NCBI GenBank assembly: GCA_963728405.1
Contig: CAVSJV010000005.1
Coordinates: forward strand, 416,001-480,000
DNA: 64,000 nt
Source: Methanomassiliicoccaceae archaeon
GTDB lineage: Archaea; Thermoplasmatota; Thermoplasmata; Methanomassiliicoccales; Methanomassiliicoccaceae
Direction of reading: 5' to 3'
Part shown: positions 10,027-20,050 of the stretch, one piece after another
Position numbering within the stretch: position 1 is the first letter of the stretch
How the letters are laid out: each line of letters opens with the position of its first letter
Notes under the pieces: model-generated
Told to the model about the DNA's origin: nothing
The model's input: the letters and a program-made list of their open reading frames with translations, nothing else
Databases searched by the model: none
Translations under genes and position numbers: made by a program

Positions 10027-11037
10027 TCAGAGGGCCATCGTCGCCGCCCCCACTGCCCCGGCCAGGTCCCCGAGCGAGGCGGGAACGATGCTCAGCCCGT
10101 TCAGTGCCGGTCGGAGGCACGACCTCAATGAGCCCTCCACTACCATATCGTAAAGCTGGGGGAACCCAACGAGCACCGTTCCGCCCAGCACCACCCGTTC
10201 GGGATTCAATGAGTTGATAACGCTGGCCACCGCCGATGATAGCGCCTCGGCCATTTCGTCGCGGACCCGCAGGGCGAAACGGTCGCCGCGGTGTGCGGCC
10301 TCCCCCACCAGGCGGGAGTCGATGCTCGTCACCTTCCCTCTCGATAGGGAACGCAGCATCTCACTCTCTCCGAAATCCTTGCTCAGCGCTTCCTGAGCGC
10401 GACGGGCCACCGCCCACCCCCCGGCGTACGCCTCTACGCAGCCTTTTCGACCGCAGGTGCAGGCCGGACCGTCTATCTGCACCGACACGTGACCAAAGTG
10501 TCCGCCGCATCCGGTAGCGCCTTCCAGAAGCTGCCCGTTGACGATAGCTCCGCCCCCTATGCCGGTCCCAACAAACAGACATACTAGGTTTCCGCTCCCA
10601 CGACCGGCACCGTGCTTCCACTCCCCCGCCGTGGCCATAGCCACATCGTTCCTTAGTATGGTGGGAAGATGATTGGTTGCTTCGGAAATCATGCGCTCTA
10701 ACGGTTCATCGTTCCACCATAGGTTGGGGCCGTACCGGACCACCCCCCGACGGATGTCGACCTGACCGGCGATCCCCACACCCACTCCGGACGGAGGAGA
10801 GGTCTCGCTCTCACGTAGCGTCAGGACGGCCGATCTCACCTGTTCGATCACGCTCCGCGGCCCGCCCGGGACGTTGGTGGGGAACTTCAAGACCTCGAGC
10901 ACTTCGCCATGCGAGACCTTCGCCACGCGGGTGTTGGTACAACCAATGTCGGCGCCTATTGACCAGGGTCCGCTCACGATCGGTCCATGTTCCGGGAACT
11001 TCAAAGAACTTGCTCTCCGCTGCAGGAGCTTTGCCAA
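10027..11037 (-). CDS. ROK-family sugar kinase (glucokinase-like)
   Basis: GADIGCT, RNDV, GTGIGGG, GHFGH, CTCGRKGCVEAYA. Confidence 0.9.
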   Translation of the reverse strand: MAKLLQRRASSLKFPEHGPIVSGPWSIGADIGCTNTRVAKVSHGEVLEVLKFPTNVPGGPRSVIEQVRSAVLTLRESETSPPSGVGVGIAGQVDIRRGVVRYGPNLWWNDEPLERMISEATNHLPTILRNDVAMATAGEWKHGAGRGSGNLVCLFVGTGIGGGAIVNGQLLEGATGCGGHFGHVSVQIDGPACTCGRKGCVEAYAGGWAVARRAQEALSKDFGESEMLRSLSRGKVTSIDSRLVGEAAHRGDRFALRVRDEMAEALSSAVASVINSLNPERVVLGGTVLVGFPQLYDMVVEGSLRSCLRPALNGLSIVPASLGDLAGAVGAATMAL

Positions 11038-11139
11038 GCAAGGACCATACGATCTTCGTTATCCGACGCGCCCTCCACCTCAAACGGGGGTTGACTCGAT
11101 AACATATGATGTCGGAGATCATTAGCCTTATTATCCATC

Positions 11140-11759
11140 ATCAGCAACGGCAGGAAGTCCGATAAAGTTCGACGAGAAGGACCGCATCATCATCTCCATG
11201 TACGCGGAAGATCCCGATATATCGTAAAAGAAGATCGCCACCCGCATCCACATGACCCAGCCAGCCGTCGCCGCTCGGGTGGCGTGGCTCCGCAAGAACG
11301 GTGGCCTGGGGAAGCTGCTGGGCGTCAACCCCATGAGGATGGGCATGTTCCTGGCTAAGGCCGATGTGTCCTCCACCGAGCCGTATAGGCTCCTGAAGGA
11401 GTTCCGGAACTGTTCCTTCTTCGCCAACGGCTTTCCGTCTCCGGAACCTTTGTCTGCTGTTCTTCAGCGAGAGCGCCTCCACGCCCGAGTCCATCGTCGA
11501 CTGTTACAGCTATCAGGACCCGTCGGTCAAGGACGTGGACTTTGACATCGTGATCAACTCGGAAAAGGAGTACCCCATCGCTATCAAGCTGAAGCCGGAG
11601 CTATGCGATGAAGCGCCCTGCGGCAAGGAGGGCATGTGCTTCGATTGCACTAGCTTCGAGGAAGAGAGGTGTATGGGCTGCCCGGCCACGGGCCAGTATC
11701 GCGGCCGCTTCTACGACTCGCGGTGGGGAACGGCAACGGTCCCGGTCATTGAAATATGA
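11140..11759 (+). pseudogene. Lrp/AsnC-family regulator with Cys-rich C-terminus, inactivated
   Basis: FDEKDRIIISMYAEDPDIS*KKIATRIHMTQPAVAARV HTH with in-frame TAA at 11225-11227; frame disruption near 11435-11450; ends CFDCTSFEEERCMGCPATGQY; start uncertain. Confidence 0.75.
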
Positions 11760-11803
11760 AAAAGGGGCGCCGAGGCCGCTCTGGTCGGCCGCCCCCATTG
11801 AGA

Positions 11804-12005
11804 TCAGTAACCTGTTTTCTTGCCAGTCAGGATCATGATGTCGACGCGGATGATGGCCATGTCGCCAACACCCTCGTCGGCATATTTTAACGCGGCATTT
11901 CCGAACATATGGGCCATGATGATTCCATAGCCTTGCGTTTCTCGGCGAGGTCCTCGACCATCTTGGCCCGTCCGGTCCCGACCACGCTCTTGAAATTAGC
12001 AGCGG
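11804..12005 (-). pseudogene. 3' remnant of a NimA/PNPOx-like gene, paralog of 972-1433
   Basis: NFKSVVGTGRAKMVEDLAEKRKAME/IIMAHMFG...DMAIIRVDIMILTGKKTGY* aligns by eye to YRSVIGTGRASILDAPEEKLAALDLLMEQVYG...VIIKVEIHSLSGKISGY*; no 5' half, internal frameshift. Confidence 0.75.
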
Positions 12006-12031
12006 CCCGGCCGGCGATATGAACGGCGTCG

Positions 12032-12751
12032 TTAGGTGGTGAGGGCCTCGACGAGCTTCGAAAGCTCCAGCAAGGCTCGGGCGCCCTTCTCGGTGATCGA
12101 GTACAGGTGGCTCTTGCGGTCGTAGGCGATGAGCCCAGGGCCGGTCAGGACGTTCAGGTGGAACTGCAAGTGCCCTTTCTTCATGGCGAGGTCCTTGCTG
12201 AGCGAGGACAGGCTCTCATCGCCATTGGACAACCGCAACATGACCTTGATCCGGTGGGCACTGGAAAGCGGCCCCAGCGTTCTCTCCACTAATTCCGGTG
12301 ATAGTGCTCTCTCGTTTCGGACCAGGGAGGCCATGGGCCGTTCGGCCGGATGGGCCTGCTGGGAGATGCGGTCCGAGGCGGTCAGATACTCTCTCATCTG
12401 GCCAACCAGCGCGGAGATGAACACTGTTAACAGGGGGTCCTGCTTCAACGGGTCATCAGAGGACGGGACGCTCATGAACTCGTCCAGGGTGAGGGACGCC
12501 GCCCCTGTCCCCTTCTGCTGGAAATCGGTGATGTATCTCTCCACGAGGTCCATGAGCTGGGCCTTGGCCTCGAGGTCGCTAGGTTTCCCTTTCCCGCTGA
12601 AGTATCTCTCGATCCTTTCGATAAGTATCGGTTTTATCTGTTCGCTGAACACCAGCCTGAAATCGTCACCCCTCAGGTGGGTGACGGACCTGCTAAGCAG
12701 CCTGACCTCAGCAAGAAGGGCTTCGAGCTGTTTCTGTATGTCGTCGTTCAC
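12032..12751 (-). CDS. Transcription regulator with C-terminal ArsR-like winged helix
   Basis: PLSSAHRIKVM...LSKDLAMKKGHLQFHLNVL...YSITEKG. Confidence 0.8.
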   Translation of the reverse strand: MNDDIQKQLEALLAEVRLLSRSVTHLRGDDFRLVFSEQIKPILIERIERYFSGKGKPSDLEAKAQLMDLVERYITDFQQKGTGAASLTLDEFMSVPSSDDPLKQDPLLTVFISALVGQMREYLTASDRISQQAHPAERPMASLVRNERALSPELVERTLGPLSSAHRIKVMLRLSNGDESLSSLSKDLAMKKGHLQFHLNVLTGPGLIAYDRKSHLYSITEKGARALLELSKLVEALTT

Positions 12752-12871
12752 GTCCCTGCCCCGTTATAGAAATATATAACGTAGTAATACCTAAATATTT
12801 CCATCGCTTATGTGAATATATCGGTCCGGAAGCGTCCGAACCGGTCAGATATATTATGGGGATTGATAACC

Positions 12872-13525
12872 ATGAAGATCGGCATCGTAGCCTGTGAGAC
12901 TTTTGAAAGGGGTCTGGAGTTCCTGACCAAGGATGACCCGGACATCGTCCACAAGGAGTACCTGGAGTTCGGGCTTCACGAGTATCCCGAGGACCTGAAG
13001 AAGGCGGTCATCGAGAAGGTCAATGCCCTGGAGGGAAAGGTCGACGCCGTCCTTCTAGGCTATGGCATATGTAACTCGCTGCGGGACGTGACCGAGCAGA
13101 TGAAGGTGCCCACGGTCCGATTGCTGGCGGACGATTGCATCGGCGTGCTCATCACTCCCGAGGAGTACGAGAAAGAAAGGAAGATCTGCGCCGGGACGAT
13201 GTATCACACTCCTTACTTCGCCAAGATGGGGCGGGAATGGTTCGAGAACAAGATGCGGACGCAGATGCCGAACTACGAGGAGCTAGGCATCGATGTCGAT
13301 TGGTTCCTGGCACGAATGTTCGAAGGATACTCGAGAGTGCTGTTCATCGACGACGGCCTGGGGGAGATCGAGAAGTTCGAGGCCCTCTCGAAGCAGTTCG
13401 CCCGCGAGCTCAACCTGAGATACGATTCCCGGGGCGGCACGTGGTCGGTCCTTATCGGAGCGATCGAGCGGACCAAGGAGCTGGCTCTGGCCCAGAACGG
13501 CAGCAAGGGAACGGCATCGACGTGA
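12872..13525 (+). CDS. DUF1638-family protein
   Basis: IVACETF, LEFGLHEYPEDLK, LLGYGICN, DDCIGVL, YSRVLFIDDG. Confidence 0.8.
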   Translation: MKIGIVACETFERGLEFLTKDDPDIVHKEYLEFGLHEYPEDLKKAVIEKVNALEGKVDAVLLGYGICNSLRDVTEQMKVPTVRLLADDCIGVLITPEEYEKERKICAGTMYHTPYFAKMGREWFENKMRTQMPNYEELGIDVDWFLARMFEGYSRVLFIDDGLGEIEKFEALSKQFARELNLRYDSRGGTWSVLIGAIERTKELALAQNGSKGTAST

Positions 13526-13632
13526 CACTGCCGTTCTTTCGCTCTTCCTAGTGCGTTGATATTGATATTTGCAAATTGTTGGCGACCCTTTTTCACCTAC
13601 GGCCGCGATGGCGCTCTCTAAGGTCGGGATGC

Positions 13633-13860
13633 ATGGCAGTTAGCTCGCAAGGCACTGAACGCAAGGGTAAAGCGAACGGGACTGATGCCGCTGTCGCCAT
13701 AGATTATTACGAGGCCAGGTCCACGATTATGGGGCCGTGCGGCCATAAGCACAATACCAAAGGGGCGGCCGAGAAATGTGCTAGGAGCTTCGCAGCAAAG
13801 CATCGGCGCCGCAATCCGCTGAACGTGCACACGCTACTGGCACGTTGCTTCTGTCGATAG
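13633..13860 (+). CDS. Small basic hypothetical protein with CGHKH...C motif
   Basis: ORF only; possible metal-binding Cys/His pattern. Confidence 0.3.
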   Translation: MAVSSQGTERKGKANGTDAAVAIDYYEARSTIMGPCGHKHNTKGAAEKCARSFAAKHRRRNPLNVHTLLARCFCR

Positions 13861-13915
13861 CAACACGGTTCGAAGAAGGGTCAGCGACGATCTGTGATCG
13901 GTCAGCCGATCCATC

Positions 13916-14398
13916 TCAGATCATACTTTTTACCATGTAGTGAGCCCTGATGTCTGGTAGGTACTCCAGCTCCCTAGAGCAGGTGAATCCGAGGGTTTCC
14001 CAGAACCTCTCAGAACCTTGCACAGAGACGAGCGTGCAGGCCGGCAGGCGCATCGCTCTAGCGAGTTCAAAGACCTCGTTCACGAGCCGCGCGGCCAGCC
14101 CCCGGCCGCGGCTGTACTGGTCGACCGCCAGGTCATGGATGTACATGCAGGTCGGTTGTTCGGGTAGCTCTAAGGACTCAGCCCTCAAGGGGACGATCTC
14201 CCCGAGCACCCACGGGTGGCAGAAGATGTAGGCCAAAAGGGCACCATCGTCGAAGCACCCCAAGGCCCCTTGAGGGAACAATGACAGCTTTTTAGTGAAT
14301 GTTTCCGAGGGCTCGAGGAGCCCTTCATGATAGGCGTTCCGCTGGACGCGCAGGACCTCGGGGAGGTCGGACGGAGCGAGCACCCTGGGCCGGAGCAT
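13916..14398 (-). CDS. GNAT-family N-acetyltransferase
   Basis: YIHDLAVDQYSRGRGLA, FWETLGF. Confidence 0.88.
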   Translation of the reverse strand: MLRPRVLAPSDLPEVLRVQRNAYHEGLLEPSETFTKKLSLFPQGALGCFDDGALLAYIFCHPWVLGEIVPLRAESLELPEQPTCMYIHDLAVDQYSRGRGLAARLVNEVFELARAMRLPACTLVSVQGSERFWETLGFTCSRELEYLPDIRAHYMVKSMI

Positions 14399-14551
14399 GG
14401 CTCGCTCAATCCCGGGAGGAGAGATAAATTGTGCTGTGCGCCCGTCCCCTAATCCTGGTGCGGGCGATCCGGATCCGATCCTACGAATATTCGGTATATT
14501 CCGGGACAGTCTATTTCTCCAAGGAGCGCGATTTTTCCGTCCAGGATCAAC

Positions 14552-15671
14552 ATGTCATACGAGGCTCTGTTCCCCCCTATCGATACGGAGTGGCTGGAGA
14601 GATCGAGGAAGAGATTTGCCAGCCCGTTCCTGGGTACCAAGTTCGATCGGATAAGCGTGGACCCGATGATGCTCTCTCACGCCACCGTCGCCTGCGGATT
14701 CCGCATCGGCGATTTCTACCGGGAGCCGGAGCTGGGGGCGCACTGCGTCGCCTACATCTCTCAGCTCTATGACCTTTTGCCGGTCACTCACTGGTACTTC
14801 TCCCTGGCCTGGGTCGCGGAGATGGGCCTGGACCTTCGCTACATGGAGCTGATGCCGCCCGTTCCCGTCGCCCCCCTCATCACCTCCCCCACCGAGGTGG
14901 ACAAGGTCCAGGTCCCCAGCGTAGAGGATACTCAAAAAGGGCTGGACGATGCATCAGTTCACCAAGGCGAATGACTATATCCAGAAGAACCTGCCCGAGA
15001 TGTTCATACCCATGGTGAACGTGTCCGATCTCGCCGGGTCCGCCGCCCAGCTCTGCGGGGTGGAGAACTTCATCATGTGGACGATGGCCGAACCCGACGC
15101 CGCCCATGATCTGGTCCACAAGTACACGCAGACGGCCATAAACGGTGCGGAGGTCGTGGCCGAGAAGTACGGATCGGCCATGATCTCCACCGGCTCGGTG
15201 CTGGGGAACAACGACGTCTTCAGCGACCAGATGGTCATCGACTTCTCCGCGAAATACCTCCGTGAGCTGGTCAGCCAGGCGTTCAGGAGGGGCGCCGGAC
15301 CGCAGGTGTTCTACCACATGTGCGGGAACCATGAGACGGATTACAAGGTCTTCAAGGACTACTTGGTGTGGTCCCCGTTCACGATATTCCATGTCGGTTA
15401 CAAAGGACGGGATGTCTTCCCCGCCGACGAGCTGGCGCGCATGTACGGCCCGCTCGCCACCATAATGTGCTCGGTGGACACCAAGAGGATGATCGACCCC
15501 AATCCCATGAGGGTGTACGAACAGGCCCGAGACCAGATAATCAAGGGAAGGGACAGCCAGAACGGGCTGATATTGGGAACTGCCTGCGAGGTTCCACCCT
15601 ACGCCCCTCCGGGCAACCTGCTCGCCCTGGTCATGGCGGCGAAGCACTTCGGCAAGTACGGGACATGGTGA
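14552..15671 (+). CDS. Uroporphyrinogen decarboxylase superfamily / MtaA-MtbA-like methylcobamide:CoM methyltransferase; +1 frameshift near 14931
   Basis: Joined ORFs 14552-14974 and 14949-15671; Zn ligands HMCG and ILGTACEVPPYAPPGN. Confidence 0.75.
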
Positions 15672-16629
15672 TCCCGCCGGGCGGCGCGCGGTAGAAGACG
15701 GTCTCGCCATACTGCCTTCTGTCCAGTTTCCCTTTCTCTATCATCTCATCGAGCATCAGCCTTGTCTCGTCCCCGGAATGCCCGCCGGACAGCATGGCCA
15801 TTATCTGGTCCTCCCGTAGGGGATGGTTCTCGGCGATGGCCAGAACATGAGCGATGGGGTCCCCGGAGGCGCTGGTGAACTCCCCGGCCTCCGGGCCGGT
15901 CATGTCCACGGCGCCGGGTAGCAGCTCAAGAGCAAGATGTACCGCTTCCCCTTCCGGAGGCAGCACCCCGCTCTCCGCCGGAGGCCGTATGGGCGCGGCG
16001 ATGAACGTCCGGTCCGCCCCTATGGAGGCGACGGCCGTTCGGATGTTCTGGAGCGATCCCTCGGAATCGTTCACCCCGCGGACCAGCATCACTTCCGCCC
16101 ACAGCTCTCCAGAAAAGCCCTTTCTGAACTCCCTGAGCCCCTCCAGCGTCTTCCCGAGGGTGCACATCCGGTGCGGGTGATGCAATCTCCGATAGGTCCT
16201 CTCGTCGCCGGCGGCGATCGTGGGAGAGACGACATCGAACTTCATGGCTGCCTCTCTGACCTCGGGAAGGAAGAACAGGGAACCATTGGTGATCAGCCCC
16301 ATTCCTCCCTTCCAGTGGTCCCTGATGCCCTCGACCATCTCCCCGAGGTTCAAGGCCAAGGTCGGCTCCCCCTCGCCCATGAATGTAACGAAGTCCACTT
16401 GACCGTGTAAAGCTTGGAGGGCCGAGCGCACTTCACCCACCACGCGTGAAGTGTCGAAATATGCTCTTCTTTCCGACTGGAGCTTTGTGGTCCTCCCCAG
16501 CTGACAGTAGATGCAGGAATAGTTGCAGGCCTTGAAAGGTACAGAATTGACCCCCAGGGAGCGCCCGAACCGGCGCGAGGGGACGGGGCCGAAAACCATG
16601 CTGTCCATATTGCTCATCTTGTCGGCCAC
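15631..16629 (-). CDS. Radical SAM protein (COG0731-like)
   Basis: FGPVPSRRFGRSLGVN, CNYSCIYC, GEGEPTL, ITNGSL. Confidence 0.88.
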   Translation of the reverse strand: MADKMSNMDSMVFGPVPSRRFGRSLGVNSVPFKACNYSCIYCQLGRTTKLQSERRAYFDTSRVVGEVRSALQALHGQVDFVTFMGEGEPTLALNLGEMVEGIRDHWKGGMGLITNGSLFFLPEVREAAMKFDVVSPTIAAGDERTYRRLHHPHRMCTLGKTLEGLREFRKGFSGELWAEVMLVRGVNDSEGSLQNIRTAVASIGADRTFIAAPIRPPAESGVLPPEGEAVHLALELLPGAVDMTGPEAGEFTSASGDPIAHVLAIAENHPLREDQIMAMLSGGHSGDETRLMLDEMIEKGKLDRRQYGETVFYRAPPGGITMSRTCRSASPP

Positions 16630-17025
16630 CCTTAGGGACGCTCCGACTATTAATTAAGGGGCGTTAACCAACAAGGGTGTTACCCGACTGCTCCTATTGT
16701 GCCATATATTCGCCCCCTTGTGAATTATTGAGGGCAGGGTGTGAAGGGCCTTTTTGTTGGGTTAAACGTAACAGCTAGCTCAAAACTAAAAATTCATATC
16801 AACTTTTAGGGGTCCACAGGGATGTGGGGGGATAGTCCTGACGAAGCATTGCCATCTGGTACGACCGGGGGCACAGGCCCCCGGTCTAACGCATTCAATC
16901 CGCGTTCATCAAGGTATCATTAACAGGTCGATCGGATCGCCCTTCAGCATGAACGTGGCGAGATGATTATTCGCTCCAATTCCCTTAGGGCCTTCCAGGG
17001 GGCACCGAATGAGGGGATGACTGAT

Positions 17026-20008
17026 TCATACCATCTGGTCGATGTTGATCAATATCATCGTCGACTTCCCCGACGGGATCAGCAGCTTCCTGGCGGTGAT
17101 GTCCACCAACCTCTTTCCCAGCTTGGGAATGACAATCTCCGTGCTCAGGTTCTCAAGTTCTGTCTCCTCCGCGCTCAGGTCCCCGAGCCTGTTGATCAGC
17201 GGCGGGATGTTCCACGTCCCATTAAGTATCTCGTTCAGAGGTCGACCTCGTATGCTTTCTGAGGCGGTCTCGAACTGTTTTAAGAAAGAGGTATTGGCCG
17301 ACCGAACGACGAGGTGCTCATCTAAGATCAGGAGCGGTTCCTTTACCGTATTGACGATGCTCTCCGCGAACTCCTGAGCTGCCCGAGCCTCCAACGAGAT
17401 GTCCTTGAGCTTCTCCTGGACCTTCTTCTGCGTGTCTATATCACTGAAGGTGAGCACCAGGCCATCTATGACGTTCTCGACCGTTCGGTAGGGAATGATC
17501 TTCAGCTTATACCAGTGCCCGTCCTTCGTCTGGACCTCTTTCTCCTTGGTGTTCAATGTATCGAGGACCTCTTTGAAGTCCGTGATCAGATCCTCGTAGC
17601 GCAGCTTCATGGCGATGTCCTGGATCGGGCGACCCACATCCCCCGGAAGCAGGTTCATAATACGTTCCATCAGGGGTGTGTATCTCCTTATCCTCATATC
17701 GATGTCCAGAAAGATGGTGGCCTCATCGACACTGTTAAGGAAGTTCCTCATATCACTGCTGGTCCTCGATAGCTCCTGGTTCTTCCTCTCCAGCTCCGAG
17801 TTGACGGTCAAGAGCTCCTCGTTCAACGAATTGAGCTCTTCCTTCCCCGTCTCCGATTCTTCGGCTACACTCTGAAGTTCCTCATTGTTCGATTGGAGCT
17901 CCTCATTGGTGGACGTCAGTTCTTCATTGGATGTCTCAAGCTGCTCGATGGTGCTCCTCAGGTTCTCCTTAGTGCGGATTAGTTCCTTCTCCAGTTCGTC
18001 GATCCTCGTCTCTATGTTCGATGCGATGCTCAGCTCCGGTTTTCCTCTCAGGATCCCCTGAGGGACGGTCTTTTCGTCAAAGACGACCAGAAAATCGGAA
18101 ACGGGCTCTTTGCCCTCCATGGGCCTGACGGTGATATTGAGGAAGGAGGCGCCGCCGTTCGTATGTACCTGTATGGCCTCATCGATGACTGGTTTTCCAG
18201 TGCTTCGAGTTTTATTTATGGCCGACATCACCGCGTATCTGATGTCCTCGCGGAGCAGGTCCCGGATGCCGAGGCTGGCCCTGCCCGGAGTATGCTCGAG
18301 GTACTTGCTGGTGCGGCCGTGGAAGTATATGACCTCGTTCTTCCCATTGACGATCAGGCTCGGCGGGGTATGCTCGGAAAGGAGCATCTTTTCTGCCTTT
18401 TCGTTTATGCTCGGTCCCTTCGGCGGCTGGACCTTGATCGGGACGAAATCCCGCCCTTGCCGAGGCGGGACAGTGCTCTCTCTGATCAGGGTGGAAGGTG
18501 CGTACGGTTTCCTACGGTAGATCTTCCACTTGGGATCGATGGCGGTGAACCGGTCGTCGTAGCCGTTGATGGTTTCCGCCTCTCCCAGGAACAGTATGCC
18601 ATTGGGGTTCAGAGCGTTGCTGAACGTCTCCAACACTCTCTTCTGAAGTATTGGTTCGAAATAGATCAGGAGATTCCTACAGGATAGCAGGTGAAGATGA
18701 AGGAATGGCGGATCTCGAGTGACATCATGAGGGGCGAAGATGATCATCTCCCTGATCTCCTTCCTCACTTTGTACCCCCCCTCGTGTTTGATGAAGTACT
18801 TGTCCAGGCGTTTCTCATCAACGTCGTCAGCGATCGAATACGGATATTCTCCGGCTCGGGCGATATTGATCGCATCCTCATTGATGTCTGAGCCGAATAT
18901 CTGGACCCGCAGCTGTAGACCGGTCTCATCCATAAGCTCTTTCAGGACGATCCCGAGGGAATAAGCCTCTTCACCGGTGGAGCAGGCGGTCACCCAAGCT
19001 CTGAAAGTATCAATTTCTGATTCCGGGACAAAGATGGTTTTCCTGAGCATATCCTTGAGGGATTCGAAGGCCTCCGGATTCCTGAACAAGCTGGTGACTT
19101 CGATTATCATTTCTTTGAACAGCAGGTGGACCTCTTTCGGGTTGGCCACTAGATACCTGACATACTGCTCCTTGGTCTCAAGTTGGTGGACGGCCAGGCG
19201 GCGTTCGATCCTGCGATTGATGGTGCTCTTCTTATAAAGCGAGAAATCATGGCCCGTCTCGCGCTTGACGATGAACAGGATTTTCTGAACAGCATCGGTA
19301 CTTTCGATCGGCTCGACTTTGGGCGGTTGTATCCTGGTTCCTGACCGCATGGACATATCTGGCGATCATCTCAGGCATCTCGCCAGCAGGAAGAACATAA
19401 TCCGCTAGGCCCGTATCGATGGCACTTCGGGGCATGCTATCGTACTTGGCGGTCTCCGGGTTCTGCACCATGACCATGCCCAGGTTCGCGTGGATCGCCC
19501 TTATTCCGAGCGACCCGTCCGAACCGTTCCCTGAGAGGATGACCACAATCGCGTTCTCTTTTCGCTCATCGGCCAGGGATCGAAAGAAGTGGTCGATGGG
19601 CAGGAACGGCTCCCGGCCGGGCCCGCGACTGAAAAGGCGTAAGACCCCGTCGGTGATGACCATGTCCTTTCCAGGGGGAATGACATAGATCTTGTTCTGC
19701 TGGACGACCATTTCGTCCTGGACCTGTACTGTTTCCATGGTCGTGGATCGGGATATGATCTCGGCCAGGAGGCTAGGGTGATGCGGTTCGAGGTGAGTTA
19801 TGACGACGTATGCCACGCCCGAATCTGGGGGGGTGTTCTTAAAAAATGTTTCATTAGCCTCCAGGCCGCCGGCTGAGGAGCCCAGTGCAACGATGGGAAA
19901 CGATTGATTCATTTCATGAACGCCCGGTCTGTCGTCCTTGTTCTTATTACCTTTAGCCATGCCCCTTGCTCCGATGGGCTCATTCCTTGAGCTTTTTACT
20001 TTCACCAT
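17026..20008 (-). CDS. CheB methylesterase-CheR methyltransferase fusion with coiled coil and PAS domains; one frameshift near 19300-19355
   Basis: CheB triad motifs GSSAGG, THL, GNGSDG; CheR motifs [33 protein letters not shown]; SNEEL heptad repeats; PAS domains. Confidence 0.88.
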
Positions 20009-20050
20009 ATTCCTTTAGGACTACTTACTGACTGTGACCCAATCACGGAG

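Noticed and set aside
17780-17960. Roughly 21-nt periodic repeats
   Set aside because: They encode the SNEEL heptads of CheR-fusion coiled coils and are not a DNA repeat element.
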